This document shows, piece after piece, positions 1-9,879 of a stretch of 64,000 bases of DNA. The notes below the pieces were generated by a model. It was not told where the DNA came from. It worked only from the letters and a program-made list of their open reading frames with translations, and did not search any database. This stretch comes from an uncultured Chloroflexia bacterium (GTDB taxonomy: Bacteria; Chloroflexota; Limnocylindria; Limnocylindrales; CSP1-4), in contig OY970218.1 in the NCBI GenBank assembly GCA_963713975.1, positions 1,792,001 to 1,856,000 of the forward strand, in the 5' to 3' direction. The number at the start of each line of letters is the position of its first letter. Position 1 is the stretch's first letter. A program made the position numbers and the translations under genes.

Positions 1-1
1 T

Positions 2-358
2 GTGCCCCTGCCGGGGCCGGGACTCGTCACCGGGAGGGCGACCCTCGAGGCCAAGCGGGAGGCCCTGGCTGCGTTCACGGCAGCCACCCTCCGCGCCATG
101 GAGACGATCACCGCCGATCCGCAGGCCGGCCTGGACGCCACCTTCGCCGCGGTGCCCGACCTGGCCACGGACCCTGCCCTCCAGCGCCAGATCCTGGATG
201 CCACCATCGCGACGTGGGCCAGCCCGCGCGCCGGGGCGCCGCTCGGATCGATCGACCGGCCCGGCTGGCAGCAGTCGCTGGACTTCATGAGTTCGCTGGG
301 GCTGGTCCCCAACCCGGTCACGATGGACCAGCTGGTGGACGAGTCGCTGCTGCCCTGA
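2..358 (+). CDS. ABC transporter substrate-binding protein (NMT1/THI5-like), C-terminal part; 5'-truncated by window
   Basis: C-terminus 'F..ATLRAM...DP..G...G.ID...WQQSLDFM..LGLV..PV' resembles NMT1/THI5 binding proteins. Confidence 0.65.
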   Translation: MPLPGPGLVTGRATLEAKREALAAFTAATLRAMETITADPQAGLDATFAAVPDLATDPALQRQILDATIATWASPRAGAPLGSIDRPGWQQSLDFMSSLGLVPNPVTMDQLVDESLLP

Positions 359-383
359 CAGGCCGGCCGCGCGTCGTACTGAA

Positions 384-417
384 GAAGCCGGGCCCCCGCG
401 GTGGAGGGCCCGGCTTC
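384..417. terminator. GC hairpin between convergent genes
   Basis: gaagccgggccc ... gggcccggcttc 12-bp inverted repeat. Confidence 0.65.
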
Positions 418-457
418 GGTGGTGTCGTCCTGGCGTTGAACCCAGGATTCGCCGGGG

Positions 458-1468
458 TCAGGCGCCGCTGTCGGTGTAGACGAGCGTTCCCTGGTCGGTC
501 GTGGTGATCGTCAGCTGGTCGCCCGCGACGGCGTAGCTCGCAGCCTTGCTGATCCCGATGATGTACAGGTCCGAGTACGAGCCCTCGGCGCAGGCGACCG
601 TCGTCGTCGGCCCGGGCGTGATCGTCAGGCCACCGGACGAGGTCGTGGCGTAGCCGCCGTTGACCGTGTTGCAGTCGGCCCTGGCCGAGAACGTCCCGTC
701 GGTCGCGAAGCTGATGGTGTAGTTCGACTGCTGATCGGCAGGCACGACGCCCTGGAAGGCGGGATCCTTCAGGGTGACCGCCGTCAACTGCCACGCCTTG
801 CCCGTCAGGTCTCCGCCGGGCGTCGGCGGTGCTGTCGGGGCCGGCGTCGGCTTCGGGGTCGGCTTGGGGGTGGGCGCGACCGTCGGCTTCGCGGTGGGCT
901 CACCGGTCGGCGCGGCGGTCGGCTTCGCGGTGGGCGTCGGTGACGGGGTCGGCTTGGGGGTCGGGCTCGCAGTCGGCTTTGGCGTGGGGCTGGCCGTCGG
1001 AGCCTCGGTCGGCTGGTCGGTGGCCGCCGGCGCGGAGCTTCCCGGAAGGCCGACGACGAAGACCATCGTGCCTCTGTCGCTCAGGGTGATCGTCAGGATG
1101 ACGTCCTTGATCTCATAGCTCCGCGCCTGCGTGATGCCGTGGACGAACAGGTCCGCGTACGAGCCCTCCGGGCACAGGGCGAGCGTCGAGATCCCGGGGT
1201 TGATCGTCAGGCTGTCCCGGCGGTTGGTCTCGTAGGTGCCCGCGATCTGGTTGCAGTCAGCCGTGCCAACGTACGTTCCGTCGTCGTTGAACCTGATGAC
1301 GTACTTGCCCTGGTCCTCGGCAGGGATGACGCCCTGGAATGCCGGCACCTTCTCGGTGATCGCGGTCAGCCGCCAGTCCCGGCCGGTGAGCTGGTCCGAG
1401 CCCGACCCGCAGGCCGCGAGGATGGCGGTTGCCGCGATGGCAAGCGCGATGATCGTGAGCGTTCGCAT
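458..1468 (-). CDS. Lipoprotein with two META (HslJ-like) domains and a Pro/Thr linker
   Basis: Lipobox LAAC; two 'LTG..W.L ... F..DG.....ADCN...G.Y ... T...C' repeats; PTPKPT linker. Confidence 0.85.
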   Translation of the reverse strand: MRTLTIIALAIAATAILAACGSGSDQLTGRDWRLTAITEKVPAFQGVIPAEDQGKYVIRFNDDGTYVGTADCNQIAGTYETNRRDSLTINPGISTLALCPEGSYADLFVHGITQARSYEIKDVILTITLSDRGTMVFVVGLPGSSAPAATDQPTEAPTASPTPKPTASPTPKPTPSPTPTAKPTAAPTGEPTAKPTVAPTPKPTPKPTPAPTAPPTPGGDLTGKAWQLTAVTLKDPAFQGVVPADQQSNYTISFATDGTFSARADCNTVNGGYATTSSGGLTITPGPTTTVACAEGSYSDLYIIGISKAASYAVAGDQLTITTTDQGTLVYTDSGA

Positions 1469-1629
1469 GCAGTGACTCCCCGTGCGGATGCTGGTCCCTT
1501 GCGTTCCTGGATTGGCGCCGTCGGCTCCCGCTCAGCCGGATTCAGCGAAGCGAAGGATAGGGGATCGATGCCGATGGTGGCGGTCGCCCGCGCCCGGCTC
1601 GCGCCGCACCACGGGGTAGAGTTGCGCCG

Positions 1630-1704
1630 GGGCCCGTAGCTCAGCGGTAGAGCAGGGGACTTTTAATCCCTTGGTCCTGGGTTCGAATCCCAGCGGGCTC
1701 ACCA
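1630..1704 (+). tRNA. tRNA-Lys (UUU)
   Basis: Acceptor stem GGGCCCG/CGGGCTC, anticodon loop CTTTTAA, GGTTCGAATCC T-arm, encoded CCA. Confidence 0.97.
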
Positions 1705-1727
1705 GCCAACCCGTGCGCGTGATCCCT

Positions 1728-2516
1728 TCAGCGCGCCTCGAACGACCGCTTGGAGAGCCCCAGGAAGAACCCTTCGATAGCGGTACGTGGCGCGTGGTCC
1801 GGCATCGCCGCGGCGCCCAGGGTCACGAACAACGGCGCGAGGTGTTCGACCGTCGGGTGGGCGAACGGCATCCCGGGCGCCTTCTCGCGGAACGCGAACA
1901 GGGTGTCGAGGTCGCCACGCTCGAGGGCTTCCGCGGCCCACCGGTCGAACTCCGCGGACCACTGCGGCGCCCCCGGCCGCCCGTCCCAGTACTCGCCGAT
2001 GTACGGCAGCCCGTGCGTCATGAACCCGGAGCCGATGACCAGCACGCCCTCGTCGCGCAGCGGTGCCAGCCGCCGGCCCACGTCGAACAGGTGCTCCGGG
2101 TCCAGGTCCGGCATCGACATCTGCAGCACCGGGACGTCCGCGCCCGGGTACATCGCCATGAGGGGCACCCAGGCACCGTGGTCGAGGCCTCTGTCGGGGC
2201 GGTCCAGGACGGGCTCGCTCGCCGGCATCAGCGCCTTGATGGTGGCCGCCAGGTCGGGTGCGCCCGGGGCCCGGTACTGGAGGTCGTAGTACCGCTGCGG
2301 GAAGCCATGGAAGTCGTAGACGAGCGGGACCGTCGTCGTGGCTCCGATCGCCATCGGCGCTGTCTGCCAGTGGGCGCTCACGATCAGGATGGCCCGCGGG
2401 CGAGGGAGTGCCGCCGACCAGCCGGCGAGCTGCCCCATCCACATAGGATCGTCGAGGAGCGGCGGCGCGCCGTGGCCCAGGTACAGGGCGGGGAGTGGTC
2501 GGGTGGCCTGGTTCAT
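1728..2516 (-). CDS. Class III extradiol ring-cleavage dioxygenase (DODA/YgiD-like)
   Basis: Motifs GHGAP, SAHW, YDFHGFP, RGLDHGAW, GSG..TH, AHPT.EH. Confidence 0.92.
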   Translation of the reverse strand: MNQATRPLPALYLGHGAPPLLDDPMWMGQLAGWSAALPRPRAILIVSAHWQTAPMAIGATTTVPLVYDFHGFPQRYYDLQYRAPGAPDLAATIKALMPASEPVLDRPDRGLDHGAWVPLMAMYPGADVPVLQMSMPDLDPEHLFDVGRRLAPLRDEGVLVIGSGFMTHGLPYIGEYWDGRPGAPQWSAEFDRWAAEALERGDLDTLFAFREKAPGMPFAHPTVEHLAPLFVTLGAAAMPDHAPRTAIEGFFLGLSKRSFEAR

Positions 2517-2611
2517 GGTCGTGGGACGCCTCTTGGTGATTGCTCACGCAACCATATATCCGACACCGTCGTGTCCGCAAGGCACCCTGCCACCTGGGCT
2601 ACTGTTCAGAC

Positions 2612-3346
2612 ATGACCAACGACTCTCTCGTCGTCCTCATCACCGGTGCCACGGGCCCGGCCGGCCGCGCCGCCTCCCGCCGGTTCGCCGCCGATGGGGC
2701 CTGTCTCGCGCTGAACGGGTCGAACCCGGGTCGCCTCGCGGCGCTCGTGAGCGACCTCGCCCTGCCGTCCCACCGGGTCCTGCCCGTGCCCGGCGACCTC
2801 CGGGTCCAAGCGACCGCAGGCGAGGTCGTCGCGGCCACCGAGGCCACCTTCGGGCGGGTGGACGTCCTGCTCCACCTCGTGGGTGGCTGGACAGGCGGAA
2901 CGGCCGTGGCGGACCTGGACCACCGCGAGGTCCGGCGGATGCTGGACCAGCACCTATGGACGACGCTGCACATGATCCAGGCCGTTGTGCCCGGGATGCG
3001 GGAGCGAGGTTTCGGGCGCGTGATCGCGGTCTCGTCGCCGTTTGCCGCGACACCCGGGCCGAAGGGCGCGAGCTACGCGATGGCCAAGGCCGCCGAGGAG
3101 GTTCTCGTCAAGTCACTGGCCCGCGAGGTGGCCGCCGACGGGATCACCGCGAACATCGTCGTGGTCCGCGCGATCGAGGTGGCCCCGTCCTCCGGGACCG
3201 TGGATCTGCCGCCCGGGACGCCAGCGCCACCGGGGAAGCTGACTTCGACGACGCCCGAGGAGCTCGCGGAGACCCTCGCCTGGCTGGCATCACCCGCCGC
3301 CGGGTCCGTCACGGGGGAGCGGATCAGCCTCGCCGGACGAGGCTGA
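2612..3346 (+). CDS. SDR family oxidoreductase
   Basis: TGATGPAG Rossmann motif and YAMAK catalytic motif; start refined to ATG 2612 (TACTGT -10 box 6 nt upstream). Confidence 0.88.
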   Translation: MTNDSLVVLITGATGPAGRAASRRFAADGACLALNGSNPGRLAALVSDLALPSHRVLPVPGDLRVQATAGEVVAATEATFGRVDVLLHLVGGWTGGTAVADLDHREVRRMLDQHLWTTLHMIQAVVPGMRERGFGRVIAVSSPFAATPGPKGASYAMAKAAEEVLVKSLAREVAADGITANIVVVRAIEVAPSSGTVDLPPGTPAPPGKLTSTTPEELAETLAWLASPAAGSVTGERISLAGRG

Positions 3347-3378
3347 CGGGCGTCAACGCGCTCTCAGCCCCCGGTTAC

Positions 3379-4629
3379 TCAGCCCCGGCGCAGCCGGCCC
3401 AGCAGCGACCTCGGCGACCTCGCGCTGCGGACCCTGGTCGCCAGCCTCTCCGCGAGCCGCTCGTATTCCTCGGGCCGGTTGTAGCGCTGGGCGGAGATGC
3501 GGACGAGGATCTGCGACGGGCCCCCGCCGGGTGGGATCGCGGCGCGCACCGGGAACGCCAGCACCGGCACCTCGATGCGGTCCTCATCGACTAGGGTGGC
3601 CTGGAGCCGGCGGGCGGCCGCCTCGGTGGGCGCGACGTCCGGGAGTGGGATTGCAGCCATCGCGCCGAGCATGGTGTCCGGGGCGGGCGCCGCAACCTCC
3701 AGCGCGGCGCAGATCCTGTCGCGGCCCTCGCGTGCCATCGTCGAGTTCGCCGCCATCAGCCCGGACCAGCCGTCCTCGTGCAGACCGCCCACGAAGCGGA
3801 TCGCCGCCGGCATCGACAGGTACGGCGTCGGGTCCCCGGTGCCCATCCAGTCGAAGCCCAGCCTGAAGCGGGTCCGGTCCGTGCGCTCGTCGTTGGCGCC
3901 GTGCGAGACCACCAGCGGCCGGATCCGCTTCCGTGCATCCTTGCGGACGTGGAGCACCGCTGAGCCCTTCGGCGCGCACAGCCACTTGTGGCCGTTGCCA
4001 GTCCAGTACGCGGCCTGCAGCGCGTCCAGGTCAATGGGCAGCATGCCGGGGGCGTGGGCTCCATCCACGAGCGTGTCCACGCCGCGCCGGTCCAGCTCGC
4101 GCACGAGCGCCGCGATCGGCAGCACGAGCGCCGTCGGCGAGGTCACGTGGCTGACCAGCGCCAGCCTGGTGCGAGCGGTGACCGCCTCCAGGTACGCCTC
4201 CACGACCTGGGACGGGTCCGACACCGGGAACGGCACCCGGACCATGACCACCCGGGCCCCGTCGCGTTCCGCTGCCGCCCGGAGCGCGTTCAGGGTTGCG
4301 TTGTACTCGTGGTCGCCGGCGAGGAGCTCGTCGCCCGGGGCGAACCGGAGCGAGGCGAGCACCGTGGCCACGCCGGTCGTCGCGTTGGGGACGAAGGCGA
4401 CGCCCTCCGGGTCTGCGTGCAGGAACTCGGCGACCTCCATGCGGGCGAGGTCGAGGTGCCCCTCCAACTCACGGTCGAGGAACCGGACCGGCTGCCGCTC
4501 GAGGCGGTCGCGCCACGCACGCTGGGCCTCCAGCACGGGCTCCGGACACGCCCCGAACGACCCGTGGTTGAGAAACGAGACGTCCGGCTCCAGGAGCCAC
4601 GGCGAGCGGTCGAAGGTGCGTCCGGTCAC
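3379..4629 (-). CDS. PLP-dependent class V aminotransferase (isopenicillin N epimerase / C-S lyase-like)
   Basis: LNHGSFGA, SHVTSPT, DGAHAPG, GNGHKWLCAPKG (PLP Lys). Confidence 0.9.
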   Translation of the reverse strand: MTGRTFDRSPWLLEPDVSFLNHGSFGACPEPVLEAQRAWRDRLERQPVRFLDRELEGHLDLARMEVAEFLHADPEGVAFVPNATTGVATVLASLRFAPGDELLAGDHEYNATLNALRAAAERDGARVVMVRVPFPVSDPSQVVEAYLEAVTARTRLALVSHVTSPTALVLPIAALVRELDRRGVDTLVDGAHAPGMLPIDLDALQAAYWTGNGHKWLCAPKGSAVLHVRKDARKRIRPLVVSHGANDERTDRTRFRLGFDWMGTGDPTPYLSMPAAIRFVGGLHEDGWSGLMAANSTMAREGRDRICAALEVAAPAPDTMLGAMAAIPLPDVAPTEAAARRLQATLVDEDRIEVPVLAFPVRAAIPPGGGPSQILVRISAQRYNRPEEYERLAERLATRVRSARSPRSLLGRLRRG

Positions 4630-4708
4630 GCGCGGACTCTAGCCGACGCGGGACCCGCTCCGCCTGCCTCGCGCGTCGGTGGCGGTGCCGGACTGCACCA
4701 GTCCGGGA

Positions 4709-5119
4709 TCAGGCCCGCGGGTCGTCGCGCCGACCGTCGTCTGACGCTTGCCCGTCTTCGCCTTCGCCGTCGCCCGTCCCACCCCCCGGAGGCGTGACAT
4801 CCTTCGGCGGTTCTGGCAGCCCGGGTGCCGGTCTCGGCGTCACGTCGATGATCGTGGGAGGCTTCGGCCGTCGGCCGCCCAGTACTCGTGAGAGTCGCTC
4901 CGGCCCGGCCACGAACGGAGCCAGGAACCCGAGCACCAGGATCGGCAGCAGGAAGCGGGATGCCGCGGCGAAGCGCAGGGCCATCAGGATCCCGATGCCG
5001 TAGACCAGCCACGCCGCGAACAGGGCGCCCGCGGACCAGCCGGCGACCCGCAACCGCCAGACGGGGAGCAGCGCCAGCAGCCCGGCGACGAGCAGGGTCA
5101 GGAGGAGGGCCGGCAGCAT
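4709..5119 (-). CDS. Hypothetical membrane protein
   Basis: Three hydrophobic segments, Pro-rich tail, TATGAT -10 box 6 nt before ATG. Confidence 0.7.
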   Translation of the reverse strand: MLPALLLTLLVAGLLALLPVWRLRVAGWSAGALFAAWLVYGIGILMALRFAAASRFLLPILVLGFLAPFVAGPERLSRVLGGRRPKPPTIIDVTPRPAPGLPEPPKDVTPPGGGTGDGEGEDGQASDDGRRDDPRA

Positions 5120-5285
5120 GCCCTGATCATAGGTGCTGGTCCCGAGTGAGGGTGGTCGACCTCAGGCTGCAACCCTTCAATGTCGCCGCGGGAATGAAGG
5201 GGATGGGTCTGGGGGCTCAGGGTGACCCTGGCTCACCGAGACACCGTGGTATCGTGACGCCACCGCACCACGAACGGAGGCCGCC

Positions 5286-5498
5286 ATGACGATCAAGTCC
5301 CGGACCCTGCGCCTGCCTGCCGACCAAGCCGAAGCCCTCGAGGCGATCGCCGGCGTCGACGAAGTGTCGGTCAACGAGGAGATCCAGCGGGCGATCGCCG
5401 CCCACATCGAGGCTCGTCGGTCCGATCCCGATTTCCGGCGGCGCCTGAAGACCAGCATCGAGCGCAACCGCGAGATCCTTGAGCGCCTCGCCCGTTGA
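5286..5498 (+). CDS. Ribbon-helix-helix (CopG-like) DNA-binding protein / probable antitoxin
   Basis: 'KSRTLRLP...L..IA....SVNE.I..AI' RHH pattern; tail 'ERNREILERLA'; GGAGG RBS. Confidence 0.75.
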   Translation: MTIKSRTLRLPADQAEALEAIAGVDEVSVNEEIQRAIAAHIEARRSDPDFRRRLKTSIERNREILERLAR

Positions 5499-5522
5499 CC
5501 CTCTACCTCAGCGTTACTGAAG
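5495..5522 (+). pseudogene. N-terminal stub of a possible Doc/Fic toxin
   Basis: TTG overlapping the RHH stop (TTGA) gives MTLYLSVTE, similar to Doc N-termini, then runs into the HNH gene end. Confidence 0.3.
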
Positions 5523-5864
5523 CCAGAGGTGAGAACGAACCCCCTCGACCGACGCACCCTTGGTCGAGTTGCACGACCGGCACAGCACCGCGGTGTTCGC
5601 GATGCCGAACGGCGCACCGCCAGCTGTCAGCAACACGACGTGGTCGACGGTCAGGTCCCGTGCTGCGTGCGCGGCACGCTGGTAGCCGGGACACGAGTCG
5701 CCGTGCTCACCACGCCAGGCGCGCAGCACCCGAGCGCTGAGCCGCTGCCAGGCGGGGGTGCTGTAGAGGGCGTTGTGTCGGCTGCGGTTGGACTGGCGGG
5801 CGTGCGTCGCGCACCGACTGCCAGCGCGGCTGGTGACGACACCGCAGACCGTGCACAGCTTCAC
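5514..5864 (-). CDS. Phage-type HNH endonuclease
   Basis: N-terminal CxxC...C..H; 'Y.TPAW'; 'VDH...GG...N...LCRSCN..KG'; start at GTG 5864 (ORF open to 5972). Confidence 0.8.
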   Translation of the reverse strand: MKLCTVCGVVTSRAGSRCATHARQSNRSRHNALYSTPAWQRLSARVLRAWRGEHGDSCPGYQRAAHAARDLTVDHVVLLTAGGAPFGIANTAVLCRSCNSTKGASVEGVRSHLWLQ

Positions 5865-6044
5865 CCGCGAATCATCGATGGTGTGGGCGGTCGGGTCTAG
5901 TCGCCTGCGGTGCTTGGCGTGGAGGTGAGTGCCAGCCATGTCGAGCGGCCACCGCTCGGATGCGATCGTCACCTACGCTTGTCGCGGCGCGTCACGTCGG
6001 CCGGCGGAAGCCTTCCGCAGCCGACGGCAGGAGTGGGGAAGTTG

Positions 6045-6659
6045 ATGCGACGGATCGCAGCATTGGCCGGTGTCGGCGCGCTCGCAGCGATCCTCGTCTG
6101 CGCGACCCCTGCGCCCGTCAGCGCCTGCACGTCTAGCCAGCCCTCATTCGCGGAGGCCGTCCGCGGCGCCCGGGCAATCGCGCGAGTCACGGTCGTCGAG
6201 GGCTGGGACGGCTACCAGGACGATCCGACCCACAGTGAGACCTACCGGGTCAACCGCGTCCTGAAGGGTTCGCTCCCGGAGCTCGTCACGGTGGCACCCG
6301 CGTGGACCACGCTCTGTCACGACAGCGTCGTCGGCTACTTTGGCGGCGCCGAGGGAGCGGTGATCATCATCGCATTCGATGTGCCCTACTACGACCAGAC
6401 CATCCACCCCATGTGGGCCTTCGACCGCAAGCAGGGCGTGCTGGGCAGCGCTGGCGTGCCATCGGGGGTGTCGACCCTGGCGGACCTCGAGGCGGCCATC
6501 CGCTCCAAGCTCGGCATGCCGGACACGGCGACGGCCGAGCCCGCGGCGGACCACGTGCCGCCACTCCTGCCGTCCGTCCTGGCCGCGGCTGGCGGCTTCG
6601 TGCTGGCCTTGCGGCGGGTATCGCGTCGATCGCGTCGCTCCGCCGCAAAGCGCCCGTAG
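6045..6659 (+). CDS. Secreted/surface hypothetical protein with C-terminal MPDTA-TM-basic tail
   Basis: Signal peptide ending ..VSA|C; C-terminal MPDTAT, hydrophobic stretch, RRVSRRSRR. Confidence 0.7.
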   Translation: MRRIAALAGVGALAAILVCATPAPVSACTSSQPSFAEAVRGARAIARVTVVEGWDGYQDDPTHSETYRVNRVLKGSLPELVTVAPAWTTLCHDSVVGYFGGAEGAVIIIAFDVPYYDQTIHPMWAFDRKQGVLGSAGVPSGVSTLADLEAAIRSKLGMPDTATAEPAADHVPPLLPSVLAAAGGFVLALRRVSRRSRRSAAKRP

Positions 6660-6736
6660 TCGGCGGCGAGAGGTCACCTGGGGCATTGAGCGTGTGCGGC
6701 TCGTCGCACGGGATCAAGTCACTTGAGGGGAGGAGG

Positions 6737-7123
6737 ATGGGCAGTCGTGCTCGACCGCGAACGATCGTCGTCGCAATCCTCGGTGTCGTGATCGTTGCCG
6801 CGGCCACCTGGCTGGTTGTGGTGCCTCGCGTCCGCAACTCGCTCGCCGGTGCGGATGGCATCCATGACGCGGGCGCACTCCCGGCGCGCATCCAGTTGTG
6901 CGGGCGCTCCTGGCGCAAGGACGAGCTCGCTCGCAGCTTCACCGCCGCCCGCATCCGCGAGGAGTTCGGAGTCGAACCGATCGTCGTGGATCCGGCTCCG
7001 TTTGCCCCCTGTCCTCCTGGGCCATGCACGGACGTTGCGCAGGCCGAGTCGTGTCACGTCGTGATCTGGGTGAGGGTCGCCGAGGACGGCTACATGGACT
7101 ACTCGCTCCAGGGCGGCCCGTAG
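6737..7123 (+). CDS. Hypothetical membrane-anchored protein
   Basis: AGGAGG RBS, N-terminal TM segment, four Cys in the soluble domain. Confidence 0.65.
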   Translation: MGSRARPRTIVVAILGVVIVAAATWLVVVPRVRNSLAGADGIHDAGALPARIQLCGRSWRKDELARSFTAARIREEFGVEPIVVDPAPFAPCPPGPCTDVAQAESCHVVIWVRVAEDGYMDYSLQGGP

Positions 7124-7185
7124 GAGCCTGGGAAGGCCAGGCACAATCTGACGGTGCTTAGCGTCTGCTGGTGCGGAGGCCTCCG

Positions 7186-8436
7186 ATGAAGATCCTGGGA
7201 CTCGCGGCTGCGCTGATCCTCGCGGCCTGTTCGGGCAGCGTGCCGACGGCGACGAGCGGCCCCAGCATGGCCGGGCCAGATGCGTCGCCGTCACCGGCGA
7301 CCGAGACGGTGCCAGCGGCCTCCGCGTCGCCGACTCCAGTCACGGACCTTCCGTCATGGCCGCCGCAGCCGAACCGCGACTTCCGATTCGTCTCGATCGA
7401 CCAGTTGACGCTGAGTGAGGACGGACGCCACCTGTCGCTGGACTTCGTGGGCTCGCGAGAGTACGCGGCCGACGACCCGTGCTCGGCCGAGTACAAGGCG
7501 ACCGTCACGGTGGTCGACGGTGTGCTTGAGGTCGGCGTCGAGGAGTCGCGCCGACCGGACGCGACCGAGGGAACGGAGTGTGACGCGATGGGCCATGCCC
7601 GAAGCCTCGAGGTCGCCCTCCAGCAGCCGTTCACCGGCTCGGTCTGGCGCGATCTCAACGGGTATCTGCACTTCCTGGCCCCACCTGACGGGCTTGTCGA
7701 ACTTGCGGGCCTGCCCGATGGCTGGGAGCTGCGGTCCCAGCGCGACGTGGAGCTGAGCCAGACAGGTCGTTGGGAACGGACCTACTCGCCCGATCCCTCG
7801 CTGACCGACCAGACCAGGAGCGTCGTCCTGTACCAGTCCTTCGACGGTCCGGTGAACGTCACCGGGGGCACCGAAGAACGCGGCGTGGTCGTCAGCGGCC
7901 AGCCGGCGACCTTGCACCGCTGGCCGCCGAACGGCGAGCTCGTGCTCGTCTGGCAACTCGGCAACGATGGCCTAGCGCTCGTGGCCTACGAGCAGCAGTT
8001 CTCGGTCGACGAGCTCATCGCCCTCGCCGAGTCGGCGACGCCAGCAGCGCCCACAAGCGGGTCAGGTGCCACGTGGGGACCACTGGCGGTGGTGCCGCCT
8101 CAGGATGGCGCGGACACTGCTCGCACCGAGGGAACGCTCAGGATCACTGACGCCTGCGTTTTCCTGGATGGACTCGGCGAGCGTGTCCTGCTCGTGTGGC
8201 CAGCCGATCGGACGACGTGGAACGCAAAGACGCGAGCGATCACTTTCGCGAACTTCGACGGGAGCACAGTGAGTGCTGGAGACGGCACGGAGGTCGCGCT
8301 CGGTGGAAGCGGCGACAGCAGCGAGGAGAGCGGCACGACCTCCGAAGAATGGCTGGCGCGGACGCCCTGGGTGGCTCCGCCCGCCGAAGGGTGTCCGGCC
8401 GAGTCGTGGTGGTGGGTCGGCGCGATGACGCGCTGA
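7186..8436 (+). CDS. Hypothetical multi-domain lipoprotein
   Basis: GGAGG RBS, lipobox LAAC, long ORF with coding-like codon usage. Confidence 0.75.
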   Translation: MKILGLAAALILAACSGSVPTATSGPSMAGPDASPSPATETVPAASASPTPVTDLPSWPPQPNRDFRFVSIDQLTLSEDGRHLSLDFVGSREYAADDPCSAEYKATVTVVDGVLEVGVEESRRPDATEGTECDAMGHARSLEVALQQPFTGSVWRDLNGYLHFLAPPDGLVELAGLPDGWELRSQRDVELSQTGRWERTYSPDPSLTDQTRSVVLYQSFDGPVNVTGGTEERGVVVSGQPATLHRWPPNGELVLVWQLGNDGLALVAYEQQFSVDELIALAESATPAAPTSGSGATWGPLAVVPPQDGADTARTEGTLRITDACVFLDGLGERVLLVWPADRTTWNAKTRAITFANFDGSTVSAGDGTEVALGGSGDSSEESGTTSEEWLARTPWVAPPAEGCPAESWWWVGAMTR

Positions 8437-8441
8437 CGCAG

Positions 8442-8690
8442 TCAGCTTGGCTCCAGCGTGGGCACGACGAGCCACCCCTCCGCCCGCCCCCGGTAGTTCA
8501 GCTGCTCGGTCGTGAGCCCGGACCGCGCCCGGAGGTCGGCACAGTGGCGCTTCGCGGTGCTCGGCCGGATACCGACGCGGGCTGCCGCGTCCGCGACGGA
8601 GCCGCCGGCGGCGACGAACGCGGCAAGGACGTCGACCTGGCGGGCAGTCGGCGTCCGCGGGAGCGTGCCGCGAAGGTAGCCGTCTCTCAC
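8442..8690 (-). CDS. LuxR/sigma70-r4-like HTH protein
   Basis: 'PTARQVDVL...AA.RVGI..ST.K.H..DLRAR.G'; GTG overlaps the holin stop (GTGA). Confidence 0.65.
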   Translation of the reverse strand: MRDGYLRGTLPRTPTARQVDVLAAFVAAGGSVADAAARVGIRPSTAKRHCADLRARSGLTTEQLNYRGRAEGWLVVPTLEPS

Positions 8691-8878
8691 CGCGGGCTCA
8701 CGCGGCTGCGGGTGATGAGCCCGAGGACGACCGCGGTTACGGCGAGGATCGCGCCGATCTGGTCCGGTGCGAGGGAGAGGCCGAACGCCACGACCAGGGC
8801 GATGACCGCCTGAACCAGGGCGAGGACCATGGCTGGCTCCCGGCCCCAGATCGTGCCGGGTTGGCTGTCCATCGTCAC
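8687..8878 (-). CDS. Probable holin (small 2-TM phage membrane protein)
   Basis: 'REPA...AVIALVVAFGL.L..DQ.GAI....RSRVSP'; coupled directly downstream of the amidase. Confidence 0.7.
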   Translation of the reverse strand: MTMDSQPGTIWGREPAMVLALVQAVIALVVAFGLSLAPDQIGAILAVTAVVLGLITRSRVSPR

Positions 8879-9879
8879 GCTCCGTACGTCGCGGCCGCGA
8901 CGCCCGCGGCCTTGACCGCCGCTGCAGCGGCCTTGGCGGCAGCGTCGAGCTGCGCCTGGCTGAACGGCGTGGGGTCGGGCGCGGGGCGGACGGCGGTGAC
9001 CTCGGACGCCTTCGCGAACATCGCGCGTCCCTGGTGGACGCCCTTCGCGTCGACGTACTCGACGATGCGATAGGCACTCGTGGGCTGGCCGAGGTACGGC
9101 ATGTCACGCCCCGGGTCCACCTGCACGTTGTCGGGGGAGGCTTCGAGCGAGGAGGTCGCGTACAGCCAGGTGCCAGCGGGCACGGTGGCGATGCTCTGGA
9201 CCTTCGGTACGGGGTAGCTGTTCACGGTCTCCTCGGGTGCGGACGGCGCTGGTGCCAGGGCTGCGAGGTAGCGGGCCTGCGGGAACCCCACGGGATCGTC
9301 CGCCCAGGGCCGCCAGCAGGAGGGCTTGGGGCGCCCGGCGATGTAGTGGTGGTCGATGAGGTGGTGGCGGTCGATCGGGATCGCCCGGAGCTCCCGGGTG
9401 ATTGCCGTCTCGGTGCCGGCGCGGAACCGGGTCCCGGCGCCCTTGAGCTCGGCGACGTCGCCACGCAGCAGCAGGGCGTCGAGCGCGATCGAGGCCGCGA
9501 TGACGCCCTCGGGCACGACGCCCTTGCCCGAACCTGCCGTGCGGCCGCCGTTGTCGTGGTGCTCGATGCTCACCGTGCGGCTGTTGACGAGGCGCGTCGG
9601 GTAGCGGTCGTCCCAGGCGCCCGAGGGGTCCCAGTTGCCGTTGCCCCAGGCCTGGTCGCCGAGCCTGACGTACTGGTGGACGTGGGCGGTCGTCGGGTGG
9701 CCGGCGCGGCCGCAGCCGGAGCCGATGCCGGAGTGGGTCGAGGCCTCGCGACCGTCGGGCGAGGTGAACGCGGCGTCGGTCGAGCGCAGGGTGCCGACCA
9801 TGCGGTGATGGACGAGCGCGATCAGCGGTGCCGGGTGGCCGGCCGTGAACTTGGGTGAGCCGACCCAATAGATCGTCAC
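8875..9879 (-). CDS. N-acetylmuramoyl-L-alanine amidase (phage endolysin, Amidase_2-like)
   Basis: HH, ASTH, AWGNG, N.RTVSIEH, DHH, SC pattern; start refined to GTG 9879. Confidence 0.8.
   Translation of the reverse strand: MTIYWVGSPKFTAGHPAPLIALVHHRMVGTLRSTDAAFTSPDGREASTHSGIGSGCGRAGHPTTAHVHQYVRLGDQAWGNGNWDPSGAWDDRYPTRLVNSRTVSIEHHDNGGRTAGSGKGVVPEGVIAASIALDALLLRGDVAELKGAGTRFRAGTETAITRELRAIPIDRHHLIDHHYIAGRPKPSCWRPWADDPVGFPQARYLAALAPAPSAPEETVNSYPVPKVQSIATVPAGTWLYATSSLEASPDNVQVDPGRDMPYLGQPTSAYRIVEYVDAKGVHQGRAMFAKASEVTAVRPAPDPTPFSQAQLDAAAKAAAAAVKAAGVAAATYGA

Noticed and set aside
820-1010. Repetitive DNA (also 23340-23480)
   Set aside because: Encodes Pro/Thr linkers of META lipoproteins; not an independent repeat element.
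1497-1507. 11-bp match CCTTGCGTTCC shared with 46364-46374
   Set aside because: Matches of this length are expected by chance in 64 kb.
6045-8436. Integron cassette array
   Set aside because: Co-oriented short genes, but no recognisable attC (RYYYAAC...GTTRRRY) structure and no integrase.
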